From positions 98,199-162,198 of the forward strand of contig CANIPU010000005.1 in NCBI GenBank assembly GCA_947469485.1: a stretch of 64,000 bases of DNA. Direction: 5' to 3'. Below, in pieces: positions 46,514-56,416 of this stretch. The notes under the pieces are model-generated. The model did no database searches. It saw nothing but the letters and a program-made list of their open reading frames with translations, and was not told where the DNA came from. Both the position numbers and the translations under genes were made by a program. Source of the DNA: Chitinophagaceae bacterium (GTDB taxonomy: Bacteria; Bacteroidota; Bacteroidia; Chitinophagales; UBA10324). The number at the start of each line of letters is the position of its first letter. The stretch's first letter is position 1.

Positions 46514-48403
46514 ATGAATTTTGAATTTGAAAGTAATAAGGAAGCATCACTTTGGTTTAAAGCAATAACGATTTCTGTTTCTCTTTCTTTATTTATAATT
46601 CTTCCATTAATGAGTCTGAAAGTTGGAATTCCATCAGACGAACCAATTGATATAGCATACGGAAAAGCATCTCTTAAATTTTATTCTTCTTTCGGAAGCG
46701 ACACATCATATGCAAATATCGTAGCATACGAAAACAAAAAATTTCCATTTCAAAAATATTATGGAGCAAGCTTTGAAGCGGGATCAGTTTTTATATCGAA
46801 TGTATTAAGCACACCAATTTTTAAAACGCGACATGTTTTGTCAGCACTTTGTGGAGCGGTAGTAATATTATTTACTGTTTTAATTGCTGCTGAACTTTCT
46901 GGTTGGTTTTCAGCATTTATTGCTGTTGTTCTTTTAATTGCATCTCCGACTTTAATTGGGAATAGCTTATTTAATTCAAAAGACATCCCATTAGCAATGG
47001 GTTTCGCAATAGCTTTTTATTTCTTCATTAGAATCCTGAAATCACTACCCATTTTACCTCTTAAAAATTGTATTGGGGCTGCAATTGGAATTACAATTGC
47101 AATCAGTATCAGAATGGCAGGACTTTTATTAATTCCTTATTTAATTGCCTTTCTATTAATATTTTTTTCTGATAAGGATGAAATTCGAAAATCAGTTTTT
47201 TCTTCTGTAAATAATTCCTTAAAATTTATATTTACATTACTCCTGATTTCAGTCTCAGGATCTTTTGTGGGTTTTTTATTTTACCCGAATTTTTACCTGC
47301 ATGGTTTTTCTCATGTAATTCAATCAATGGATTTGGTCAAAAGTTTTCCTGTTAAAATTATTATGCTTTTCAGAGGGGAATTAATTTATGCTCATGAAAT
47401 ACCATGGAATTATTTATTGATTTGTATGGGCAATACATTTCCATTAACTGTATTAGCCGGGCTTCTGATTTATTGCATAAGTCAAAAGAATATTTTAACT
47501 AAAACACCTGATTGGAAGAATTTTATTCTTATTTATAGTTCTCTGTTTATTTTAGTTTATACAATTGCAGCTCATCCATTAATGTATAATGGATGGCGAC
47601 ATGTTTTATTTATTTATCCGGTTTTAATTGTATCGGCTTCAATTGGATATTCCTGGATTTTTAATAGAATAAAATTATTGGCAATTAGGATAGCTGTGAT
47701 GTTTATTTTTTTCGGATTTATTGGCAAAACTGTTTTTTGGATGTATGATAATCATCCTTATGAGTATGCATACTTTAATGAAATTAATGGTGGAATAAAA
47801 GGTGCAAATGGATACTATGAAACAGATTATCAACAATTAGGCGCATCAGCTTCTTTTAATTGGCTTGTTAATTCAAAGGAGTTTTTAAAAGACACCACTT
47901 CAAATAAAATTATTCAGACAAATAATATCGCATTGAAATACGCGGATTTAAACTTAACAGATTCAATACAGTTTGAAGAGGCAAGTTTTATACGGCTTAC
48001 ATTCCGACCAATGAATTATGCAATTATTTCTTCTATGTTCATTGAGAAAAATCTGGTCCAGAATTTTTATCCGCCAAGCGGAACTATACATATTGAAAAA
48101 ATTGATGGAGTTCCTGTTTCGTGTGTTGTAAAATCAAAAAACAATTTTATACCGACAGGAATAAAATATTTCAATGAAAAAAATATTGATTCATCTGCAG
48201 TGTATTTGTTAAAGGGATATAATAGTGATCCCGATAATTTTAGAATATGGCCTCTTTTAGGCCATTGTTATGATCAAAATGGCGATTTTGAAAAGGCCCT
48301 TTTACTTATGAAAAAATATAAATCTGTTTTTCCGGATGATGAGATGGTGATTGGCGAGATTAACGACATTAACGAGTCGATTAGAAAAACCAAATCACTT
48401 TGA
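46514..48403 (+). CDS. GT-C fold glycosyltransferase (ArnT/PMT, GT39-like) with C-terminal TPR
   Basis: DE motif (PSDEP) after the first TM, YYG..FE, P...G.S..NSKDIP, ~11 TM helices, YNGWRH.LF, YETDY, TPR-like tail. ATG 46514 preferred over TTG 46499. Confidence 0.8.
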   Translation: MNFEFESNKEASLWFKAITISVSLSLFIILPLMSLKVGIPSDEPIDIAYGKASLKFYSSFGSDTSYANIVAYENKKFPFQKYYGASFEAGSVFISNVLSTPIFKTRHVLSALCGAVVILFTVLIAAELSGWFSAFIAVVLLIASPTLIGNSLFNSKDIPLAMGFAIAFYFFIRILKSLPILPLKNCIGAAIGITIAISIRMAGLLLIPYLIAFLLIFFSDKDEIRKSVFSSVNNSLKFIFTLLLISVSGSFVGFLFYPNFYLHGFSHVIQSMDLVKSFPVKIIMLFRGELIYAHEIPWNYLLICMGNTFPLTVLAGLLIYCISQKNILTKTPDWKNFILIYSSLFILVYTIAAHPLMYNGWRHVLFIYPVLIVSASIGYSWIFNRIKLLAIRIAVMFIFFGFIGKTVFWMYDNHPYEYAYFNEINGGIKGANGYYETDYQQLGASASFNWLVNSKEFLKDTTSNKIIQTNNIALKYADLNLTDSIQFEEASFIRLTFRPMNYAIISSMFIEKNLVQNFYPPSGTIHIEKIDGVPVSCVVKSKNNFIPTGIKYFNEKNIDSSAVYLLKGYNSDPDNFRIWPLLGHCYDQNGDFEKALLLMKKYKSVFPDDEMVIGEINDINESIRKTKSL

Positions 48404-48425
48404 TAAGGCTTCGTATTAGAGGAAT

Positions 48426-51400
48426 TTAGTTCACCTGTATCTCATCAATAAACAACCAGCTAGGTTCTCCCTTGCCAAGATGCCACTGCGGACATTTCTG
48501 AATTGACTTTGCAAAAACTTTTATATAGCGGGCGTGCAATGGATTGAATGAGCATTCAATTGTAGGTGAACACATGATTCCACTCAAGTCGTCTTCTTCT
48601 ACAACCATGTCTATTGAGAAAACCTGTTTCCAGTTTGTTTTATCATCCGAAATGAAGTACTCAACTTTAGTCGGATTAAATATCCATGCATCTCTTTTGT
48701 TCAGCCAGTCTGTTTGAATGTGCTTGATGGTTCGCTTCTCACCTAAATCAACAGTGGCTTCGAAATCTGTGCCGTGAAAACCCTGCCATGCACCGAATGA
48801 ATTTGTTTCACCGAATACTTCATCCACCAAACCAAACTCACCATCGGCAGTGTACTGATAACTGTAAGGATATTTGTAGGTAACAGTTTTTTGAAAAGGG
48901 ATTTTTTTGAAGTCAACAGTTTCTACAAGATGATTCAGATCAATATTTTTTGAAGCTGGATAAATAAATTTGCCATTTTTATGTTCTGCAAATACAGCAA
49001 TGCTTTTTGAATTCTTAATTACTATTGGGAAATTATTGTAATGGATATAAACAGAATCTTTTCCGAAATAATCTCCTCCAAAAAAAATTACATTAGCTGA
49101 ATCACTGACATCTCTCATATATATTGTCATTGAATCAGTAAAAGTTCTTGAATCATATTTGAAATATGGAACAGGAATTATTCTATCTGCATTAGAAATT
49201 TTTTCTAAAAAAGATTTTGTATCCGATTCTGTTGCTTCACTACTCATTGTCAACTTCAATTCTTCTCCATGTAAAATATCATCATGAGAAATAAAGCACG
49301 GAAGAAATTCTTCTTTCCCGTTTTTCAATTCTGATTTTCTTGCATAAATATTTTGCTCCGAAAGATTTTCTGAATTGATTGTAAAAGTTTTTCCGCTGTC
49401 GAGATGAATTTTTACTTCAGAAAATATCGGAGAACCGAGAGCATAATAATTTGAAGCAGGGCACACCGGATAAAATCCCATTGCACTGAAAACATACCAT
49501 GCGCTCATTTGTCCGCAATCATCATTGCCAATTAAACCGTTTCGTCCTGTGTTATAAAAATTATTGAGAATGTATCGCACCTTGTCAATGCTCTTTGCCG
49601 GTTTACCAATGTAATTGTAGAGCCATGCGAAATGATGGCTCGGCTCATTGCCGTGTGCATACTGCCCGAGCAAACCACTGATGTCGGGTTGCTCACGACC
49701 TTTTAATTCAGAGTGAGCAGTGAAAAGTGAATCAAGTTTGTGTTCAAAGTTTTCGTTTCCTCCCATCAACTGAATGAGACCTGGAATATCCTGCGCCACT
49801 GCAAATAAATATTGCCACGCATTTGCTTCGGTATAATTCGCATTCACTTCAAACGGGTCGAAAGGCGAAATCCATTTTCCATGCTTGCGTGCAGTAAAAA
49901 ATTTCGCTTCCGGATTCCAAAGGTTCTGGTAATAAGAACTGCGCTCATAGAACTTTCGTACAATTGTGTCATTCCAGTTCATTTGCTCTGCCATATGTGC
50001 AATACAATAATCATCGTATGCATATTCAAGTGTTTTGCTCACACTTTCATTTTCTTTATCACTAGGTATGTATCCTTTCTCCTGATAATAACCAAGACCG
50101 TTGCGTGTGTCAATCGCACTCTTTATCATTGCGCGCAATGCAAGTGTAGTATCAAAATCTTTTATACCCTTCATGTATGCATCGGCAATAACGGGAATGG
50201 AATGATAGCCAATCATGCAATCGGTTTCGTTGTTGCACAATTCCCAAACCGGCAGGCGACCGCTCTTATTGAATTTGTTTAGTAGCGAGCGAATGAAATC
50301 AGCATCGCGCTTCGGGTCTATGATAGTCATAAGCGGATGCAGCGCACGGTAAGTATCCCACAGCGAAAAAATATGATACTGATGATGACCTGCTTCAACT
50401 GTGTGAATGCTGTCATCCATTCCTCTGTATCTACCATCCACATCATCTTCGAGCGAAGGATGAATCATGCAGTGATAAAGAGAAGTGTAAAAGATGCTTC
50501 GCTGTTCTTCGGTTCCGCCCTTCACTTCAATCTTTGAAAGTGCGCGCTGCCATTTTGCTTTTGCTGAATCTTTAATTGCTTCGAAATTCCAATCAGGAAT
50601 TTCTGTTTCAAGATTTCTTAGTGCGTTTTCAGATGAGACATAGGAGATTCCGACTTTCACAAATAAATCATTACTATTTTCTTTATCTAATGAGATACAA
50701 ATTTTTTGATTCCTTAATGAATCATATTGTTTTTTTTCAAGCTTTGAATCCTCTATGTCGTAAGTAATAGTCATGCTATCAATTGACTTGGAAAATACAG
50801 CAGCAAAAAATATTTTCTCATCATTTGCCCAACCATTTGATTCACGCCAACCTAAAACAACATTGCCATTTGGTGATTGTTGAATATGACTCTTTGAGTT
50901 ATTATCGCTTATGCCATGTAACAAATCAAGCATTACAAATTGCTTTTTATCTTTTTGAAAAATGTAATGCTGAAATCCGCAGCGCTCAGTTGCTGTGAGT
51001 TCGACTTGAATTCCATCATTCAATTCAACAGAATAAAATCCTGCTGATGATTTTTCATTCTTATGGCTGAATCCCATTTCGTAAGTGGAATCGAATGGAA
51101 ACAAATTCAGGTTTTCTTTTTGAGATGGCATAAACATTATATCTCCCAAATCACCACAACCTGTTCCACTTAAATGTGTGTGACTGAACCCTTGAATTGT
51201 TGAATCATCAAAATGATAACCACTGCAATGTTCCCACCCTGTGGTTTTTGTATCGGGCGAAAGTTGCACCATTCCAAACGGAACACACGCGCCTGGAAAT
51301 GTGTGTCCGGTTCCTGCAGTGCCAATGAACGGATCAACAGATTCAACTGGCGATTTTTCCTGATGAGAACATGAAGTCAAAAGTGAAAGGTGAAAAGTGA

Positions 51401-51428
51401 AAAGAGCAGCGACAAAAAAATATTTCAT
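48426..51428 (-). CDS. GH92 alpha-mannosidase, lipoprotein, with C-terminal F5/8-type (discoidin-like) domain
   Basis: VDPFIGT..GHTFPGA.VPFGMVQLSPDT, FSHTHLSGTG, FSLWDTYR, YTEANAWQY, HGNEPSHH, GNDDCGQMSAW; lipobox LTSC. Confidence 0.95.
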   Translation of the reverse strand: MKYFFVAALFTFHLSLLTSCSHQEKSPVESVDPFIGTAGTGHTFPGACVPFGMVQLSPDTKTTGWEHCSGYHFDDSTIQGFSHTHLSGTGCGDLGDIMFMPSQKENLNLFPFDSTYEMGFSHKNEKSSAGFYSVELNDGIQVELTATERCGFQHYIFQKDKKQFVMLDLLHGISDNNSKSHIQQSPNGNVVLGWRESNGWANDEKIFFAAVFSKSIDSMTITYDIEDSKLEKKQYDSLRNQKICISLDKENSNDLFVKVGISYVSSENALRNLETEIPDWNFEAIKDSAKAKWQRALSKIEVKGGTEEQRSIFYTSLYHCMIHPSLEDDVDGRYRGMDDSIHTVEAGHHQYHIFSLWDTYRALHPLMTIIDPKRDADFIRSLLNKFNKSGRLPVWELCNNETDCMIGYHSIPVIADAYMKGIKDFDTTLALRAMIKSAIDTRNGLGYYQEKGYIPSDKENESVSKTLEYAYDDYCIAHMAEQMNWNDTIVRKFYERSSYYQNLWNPEAKFFTARKHGKWISPFDPFEVNANYTEANAWQYLFAVAQDIPGLIQLMGGNENFEHKLDSLFTAHSELKGREQPDISGLLGQYAHGNEPSHHFAWLYNYIGKPAKSIDKVRYILNNFYNTGRNGLIGNDDCGQMSAWYVFSAMGFYPVCPASNYYALGSPIFSEVKIHLDSGKTFTINSENLSEQNIYARKSELKNGKEEFLPCFISHDDILHGEELKLTMSSEATESDTKSFLEKISNADRIIPVPYFKYDSRTFTDSMTIYMRDVSDSANVIFFGGDYFGKDSVYIHYNNFPIVIKNSKSIAVFAEHKNGKFIYPASKNIDLNHLVETVDFKKIPFQKTVTYKYPYSYQYTADGEFGLVDEVFGETNSFGAWQGFHGTDFEATVDLGEKRTIKHIQTDWLNKRDAWIFNPTKVEYFISDDKTNWKQVFSIDMVVEEDDLSGIMCSPTIECSFNPLHARYIKVFAKSIQKCPQWHLGKGEPSWLFIDEIQVN
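51373..51407 (-). repeat. Degenerate 7-nt tandem repeat encoding the GH92 signal-peptide core (FTFHLSLLT)
   Basis: Plus strand gaagtca-aaagtga-aaggtga-aaagtga-aaagagc. Confidence 0.5.
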
Positions 51429-51453
51429 TTCAGGAAAGGGTTTTAAATATTAG

Positions 51454-52632
51454 TTACTTTTCGGAAAGAATTTTTGGTTTAAATATTTTTTCATAAATTT
51501 TTCCAGGTAAAATCAAACTCATTTTATCAATCGAGATTGACATTAACCACGATGCAATAAAAATAAGCACTAGTGAAAGTGGCAGAAGAATCATCATTGA
51601 CTGATTGTAATGATGCTGATAATCCAACTGCAAAAGAAGCCAGCTTGAAAATGAACCGATAACGATTGGATGCAACAAGTATAAACTGAATGAGAGTTTG
51701 CCTAAAAAAGAAATGGGCTTAATACTTAAAATTTTATTGAGCAAAGGGGATAATATTATTCCGCATACTAAAAATGCGGAGCCATAAAAGTGAAATGAAT
51801 CCCAGCTATGTAATACAAATTTCACAATAAGCTTCTCATATATTGATCCGGTAATATCCTGACCTGAAAAAAATCCACCAAACAAAATTCCGACCGCCAG
51901 CAAGATGATTTTTACTGGAATGCTCCATTTCTTTTTTCCGAATTCAATTAATTGCGGATAATAATTACTCAGAAGAATTCCAACAACAAAAGATGCATAA
52001 AAAAAACTTTCTGTTTTTATAAACAGAAATAGAAAAAGAGGATAGGTTATCCAACGATTGCGTAAATTATGAGTTAGTGCCAACAAAGCAAACACCATCA
52101 TTGAACCAAACAACTCAATAGACATGGTCCAGTAAACAGTGTTGTATTTGCTATTCCCATAATAAAATACTTCAATGAAACTATTGTAAATCCAGTCATT
52201 AATATCAGGATTAAACTGCCAGAAAATTCCAAGCCACCATTCTGATTTTGAAATATGAGATGCAGGCACATTATAGAATAAATTAAGTTTTAAAAATATA
52301 AAAGCAATGGTTACGGTAAAAAATACCGGAATAAATAATCTGAAATATCTTTTTACCGCTGAAGAAATTAACAATGACGCATTGGTTCTGAAATATTTTT
52401 GACTTAACACAAATCCACTCAACACAAAAAAAATATAGACCGCAAAATTTCCATTCGTAAAAACACTCAATGGCGAATGACAATACCAGATTTCCAATTT
52501 TCCATCTTTAAAATGTGTTTGCGAATTATCTGCTGAAAAAGTTGCAGGATAAAATGCAATTACTAAATGATGCATAACCACCATCAAAGCAGCTAACCCT
52601 CTGAGCCCATCTAAATATTTTATTTTATGCAA
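51454..52632 (-). CDS. Acyltransferase family 3 (OafA/YrhL-like) membrane protein
   Basis: LDGLRGLAALMVVMHH, AVYIFFVLSGFVL, KRYFRL, WTMSIE, LGKLSFSLYLLHP. Confidence 0.93.
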   Translation of the reverse strand: MHKIKYLDGLRGLAALMVVMHHLVIAFYPATFSADNSQTHFKDGKLEIWYCHSPLSVFTNGNFAVYIFFVLSGFVLSQKYFRTNASLLISSAVKRYFRLFIPVFFTVTIAFIFLKLNLFYNVPASHISKSEWWLGIFWQFNPDINDWIYNSFIEVFYYGNSKYNTVYWTMSIELFGSMMVFALLALTHNLRNRWITYPLFLFLFIKTESFFYASFVVGILLSNYYPQLIEFGKKKWSIPVKIILLAVGILFGGFFSGQDITGSIYEKLIVKFVLHSWDSFHFYGSAFLVCGIILSPLLNKILSIKPISFLGKLSFSLYLLHPIVIGSFSSWLLLQLDYQHHYNQSMMILLPLSLVLIFIASWLMSISIDKMSLILPGKIYEKIFKPKILSEK

Positions 52633-52700
52633 TGAAAATAATTTTTGTCTAACCTAATTAAATTGATATACGAATTTTAGTATTTCAATTAAGGCAAATT

Positions 52701-53672
52701 TTAATCAGTAAAATAATCAGCATCAGTCAATGCAAACCCTTCAGTATTGTAGTGCGCATAATTAAATCCTTTGTGCAATCCATAACCGCCGTACTCACCG
52801 GCTTTGTTAATGGCGATGAAGGCAACCTGAATGTCTTTTACTTTTTCCGAATATTTTTTCGCCACACGATTTACAACTTCCTTGCATGCTTCAACAGGCG
52901 ATTTTCCTTGTCGCATCATCTCTACAACCATTGCGCTGCCAGCAGTTTTTATTACAAACTCTCCGTGTCCTGTTGCAGTGGCAGCTCCAATTTCATTGTC
53001 AACAAATAATCCTGCACCAATAATAGGAGAGTCGCCAACGCGACCGTGCATTTTGTAGGCGAGTCCGCTTGTGGTGCAAGCGCCCGATAAATTTCCATTT
53101 GCATCCATTGCAATCATTCCAATCGTGTCGTGATTTTCGAAATTGATTACTGGTGCGTACTTGCTGGTCTTCAACCATTCTTTCCACGCGGCTTCTGATT
53201 CAGGAGTCAATAAATTTTCTTTTTTGAATCCATTGTCGAGTGCAAACTTCAATGCGCCTTCGCCAACTAAAATTACATGCGGAGTTTTTTCCATCACCAT
53301 TCGCGCAACTGAAACCGGATGAACAATGTGTTCAAGACAACAAACTGAACCCGCTTGTCCGTTTTCATCCATGATGCACGAGTCGAGTGTTACATAGCCG
53401 TCGCGGTCTGGTAATCCACCATATCCAACTGAAGTTACTTTCGGATCAGCTTCCGGAACTTTCACTCCGGCTTCAACTGCATCCAATGCACGACCACCAG
53501 CACTTAAAATTTTCCATGCTGCTTCATTTGCTGCAACTCCGAAATTCCAGGTACTGAGTACGAGTGGTTTTCCTGTAACAGTTTTTCCTGAAAAGGGATT
53601 TGAATCAAATGGAATGGCAAGCGCAGCTACACCTGCTGATGTTTGAGTAATAAATTTTCTTCGGGAAAGCAT
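52701..53672 (-). CDS. N4-(beta-N-acetylglucosaminyl)-L-asparaginase (glycosylasparaginase), Tat-exported
   Basis: Twin-arginine SRRKFI, SVGYGGLPD, autocleavage HD/TIG, TTSG, GRVGDSPIIGAG. Confidence 0.92.
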   Translation of the reverse strand: MLSRRKFITQTSAGVAALAIPFDSNPFSGKTVTGKPLVLSTWNFGVAANEAAWKILSAGGRALDAVEAGVKVPEADPKVTSVGYGGLPDRDGYVTLDSCIMDENGQAGSVCCLEHIVHPVSVARMVMEKTPHVILVGEGALKFALDNGFKKENLLTPESEAAWKEWLKTSKYAPVINFENHDTIGMIAMDANGNLSGACTTSGLAYKMHGRVGDSPIIGAGLFVDNEIGAATATGHGEFVIKTAGSAMVVEMMRQGKSPVEACKEVVNRVAKKYSEKVKDIQVAFIAINKAGEYGGYGLHKGFNYAHYNTEGFALTDADYFTD

Positions 53673-53714
53673 TTATTAAAAAAATTATGAAAATGTTCTG
53701 ACTAAATGAAAGTA

Positions 53715-54968
53715 TTACCCCATTAAAATACCAGCGATTGTTGCTGATAAATAGGAGGCAAGTGTTCCGCATAACAATGCACGCATTCCCAATTTTGCTA
53801 AATCAGTTCTGCGTTCAGGAGCCAATGCTCCGATGCCACCAATCTGCATTCCAACAGAACTGAAATTGGCGAAACCGCAAATTGCGAAACTCACAATCAT
53901 TAATGCCTTTGGACTCAGCGTTTCTGAAACTCCATGTGTTAAATTAAAAAAGGCAACAAATTCATTAATTGTGATTTTTGTTCCCATCAGGGTTGCAACT
54001 GCACTCACATCTTTTGATGGTACTCCCATTGCCCATGCCATTGGATAAAATAGTTTTCCGAAAATCCAGTCCAGTGAAAGCACAAAATTAAGGTGTGTCC
54101 ACACACCCACTTTTCCTAAAATAAAATCAAGCATTGCAATAACTGCCACGAAACCAATAATCATGGCTATCACATTCATAGCAATTTTAAAACCATCACC
54201 AGCTCCATGGGATATTGCATCAATTACATTGCTGTAAGGAGATTTAACCTGCAATTTTACCGTTCCCATTGTTTGACTCACTTCGGTTTCAGGCCAAACG
54301 ATTTTTGAAATCACTAAAGCACCCGGTGCAGCCATTAAACTTGCAGTTAATAAATATTCCGGACTCGCACCAAAATTTACATACACAATTAAAATTCCGC
54401 CAGCTATGCAAGCAAGGCTTCCGCTCATGCTCGCCAGCAGTTCGCTCATGGTCATTCCTTTTAAGTACGGCTGAATCATTACCTGCGCTTCCACCTGCCC
54501 TACAAAAGCGCTTGCTACATTACTTAGTGCTTCGGCACCGCTCACTCTCATAACCCAGTTCATTGCAAATGCAATCACAGAAACAATTTTTTGCATAATT
54601 CCAAAATGATAAAAAATTGCGACCAGGGCACAAACCAAAATAATGGTGGCTGTTACACTGAATCCGAAGATGAACATGTTTTCAGCTCCATATGGTGAAG
54701 AGCCACCTGCATGATTGTCCACCATAACGCCACCATAAACAAAGGAAGCTCCCTGCTTGGCAAAACTCTCGATGTGCCCGATTTGATTTCCAATCCACTT
54801 GAAGAAATTGGTAACAGGTGTAACTTTTAAAACTAAAAACGCAATTGTTATCTGTAATAAAATTCCGCTGATGACAAGCCTGTAATTAATTCGTCGTTTA
54901 TTGTTAGATGCCAGAAAGGCAATACCGAGAATTAAAACAATTCCAATTAATCCCTGAAATCTTTCCAT
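53715..54968 (-). CDS. CNT/NupC-family nucleoside transporter
   Basis: SGAEALSNVASAFVGQVEA, MAAPGAL, NEFVAF, FAICGFANFSSVG. Confidence 0.94.
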   Translation of the reverse strand: MERFQGLIGIVLILGIAFLASNNKRRINYRLVISGILLQITIAFLVLKVTPVTNFFKWIGNQIGHIESFAKQGASFVYGGVMVDNHAGGSSPYGAENMFIFGFSVTATIILVCALVAIFYHFGIMQKIVSVIAFAMNWVMRVSGAEALSNVASAFVGQVEAQVMIQPYLKGMTMSELLASMSGSLACIAGGILIVYVNFGASPEYLLTASLMAAPGALVISKIVWPETEVSQTMGTVKLQVKSPYSNVIDAISHGAGDGFKIAMNVIAMIIGFVAVIAMLDFILGKVGVWTHLNFVLSLDWIFGKLFYPMAWAMGVPSKDVSAVATLMGTKITINEFVAFFNLTHGVSETLSPKALMIVSFAICGFANFSSVGMQIGGIGALAPERRTDLAKLGMRALLCGTLASYLSATIAGILMG

Positions 54969-55043
54969 GCTGATTTTCTTTTCGCTAAAGATGAAGAAGA
55001 ATATTTAATCTCCAACTTTGAACTATTAACTAATTGCCGGATT

Positions 55044-56114
55044 TTACTTCACCCAATCTGCAACGAAAATATTTGTATCGTGTCCGCCACCGTTGTGACG
55101 GTTGCTGCAGAAAACCAATTTCTTGCCATCAGGCGAAAACATTGCGAAGGCATCGAAAGTATTCGAATAAGAAATTTTTTCTAAACCGGTTCCGTCAATA
55201 TTGATAAGATATAAATTGAAAGGAAAACCTTTAGCGTGTTCAAAATTGCTGCTGAAAATAATATTTTGGCCATCAGGTGTAAAACTAGGCGCCCAATTCG
55301 CACCGGGTTTATCAGTTATCTGATGCACATCACTACCATCAGAATTCGCTACAAACACTTCCATTTTTGTTGGCGCAACCAAACCTTGCGCAAGTAATGA
55401 TTTGTATTCTGTCACATCTTCGTCAGTAGTTGGTCGCGATGCGCGCCACACAATTTTTTTTCCGTCCGGCGAAAACCATGCACCACCATCGTAGCCAAGA
55501 GTGTTGGTGATTTGTTTTACATCCGAGCCATCTAAATTCATAGTATATAATTCCAAATCACCGCTTCGGTCGCTTGTAAATATCATCCGGTCGCCTTTAG
55601 GAGAAATTGTTGCTTCCGCATCATAAAAATTATTTGATGTCAGTTGTTTGCGAATGCTTCCTTTTAAATCAGCAGTGTAAATTTCAAAAGAGTTGTAAAC
55701 AGGCCACACATATTTTTTCAGCTTCGTTTTATCTGGAGTTGGCGGACACGAATCAGCATTTGCATGTGTGCTTGCATAAAGCACAAGGGAATCTCCCGGG
55801 AGAAAATAAGAACAGGTAGTTCTTCCTTTTCCTGTACTCACTAAATGTTTGTTGAACGATTTTCCTTTTTTAGGTATTGCGCCGAAATAAATCTGGTCGC
55901 ACATTACTTCCTTATGATCAGAAAACTGAAACACTAATTTTTTGCTATCAAAACTCCAGTAGGCTTCGGCATTATCGCCTCCAAAAGATAATTGCTTCAC
56001 ATTTTTAAAATGCTTTTCACCGGCAAAAATCAGTGAATCAGACGATGAAACAGTTTGAGCAATTAAATTTTGAGAGAGCAGAAATAAGCAGGAGAGAAGA
56101 ACGAAATTTTTCAT
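55044..56114 (-). CDS. TolB-like / PD40 beta-propeller protein
   Basis: Repeated FSPDGK / SDR.GD.ELY.MN.DGS motifs; GGDNAEAYWS, GRTTCSYF. Start at ATG 56114 because the TTG 56126 lies inside the promoter box. Confidence 0.9.
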   Translation of the reverse strand: MKNFVLLSCLFLLSQNLIAQTVSSSDSLIFAGEKHFKNVKQLSFGGDNAEAYWSFDSKKLVFQFSDHKEVMCDQIYFGAIPKKGKSFNKHLVSTGKGRTTCSYFLPGDSLVLYASTHANADSCPPTPDKTKLKKYVWPVYNSFEIYTADLKGSIRKQLTSNNFYDAEATISPKGDRMIFTSDRSGDLELYTMNLDGSDVKQITNTLGYDGGAWFSPDGKKIVWRASRPTTDEDVTEYKSLLAQGLVAPTKMEVFVANSDGSDVHQITDKPGANWAPSFTPDGQNIIFSSNFEHAKGFPFNLYLINIDGTGLEKISYSNTFDAFAMFSPDGKKLVFCSNRHNGGGHDTNIFVADWVK

Positions 56115-56123
56115 ACAGGGCGG

Positions 56124-56131
56124 CAAATGTA
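56124..56131 (-). promoter_or_regulatory. Bacteroidota sigma-A -7 box TACATTTG
   Basis: Matches TAnnTTTG 9 nt before ATG 56114. Confidence 0.6.
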
Positions 56132-56246
56132 ATAACTGAATTTGCTTGCCAAAATTTACAATTTGAATTTAGTTAAAACAATAACTTCACCATTTATTCG
56201 ATATGGGCTGAAATACTTTCAATGATTTACAAGTGGATAATATTAG

Positions 56247-56339
56247 ATACATTATTATTTCATTGGAGGAATTGATTATGTCAGAATCTATAATCGTGTT
56301 TTAACAGAAGTCCAGATTAAATACCTTCTTGAAAAATAA
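56247..56339 (+). pseudogene. Remnant of the 3' end of a LamG/concanavalin-like domain gene
   Basis: Reads IHYYFIGGIDYVRIYNRVLTEVQIKYLLEK*, matching the LamG C-terminal motif F.G.ID.VRIYNR.L...I; preceded by an in-frame TAG and no start codon. Confidence 0.6.
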
Positions 56340-56403
56340 TTTTTTGTTTTGTAAAATTTATTGAAAGAAAATATTTCAATTCTGACATCGAATCCTAATT
56401 CTT

Positions 56404-56411
56404 TACTTTTG
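56404..56411 (+). promoter_or_regulatory. Bacteroidota sigma-A -7 box TACTTTTG for the TPR-thrS-infC unit
   Basis: Matches TAnnTTTG 5 nt before ATG 56417, implying a nearly leaderless transcript. Confidence 0.55.
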
Positions 56412-56416
56412 CCTTA

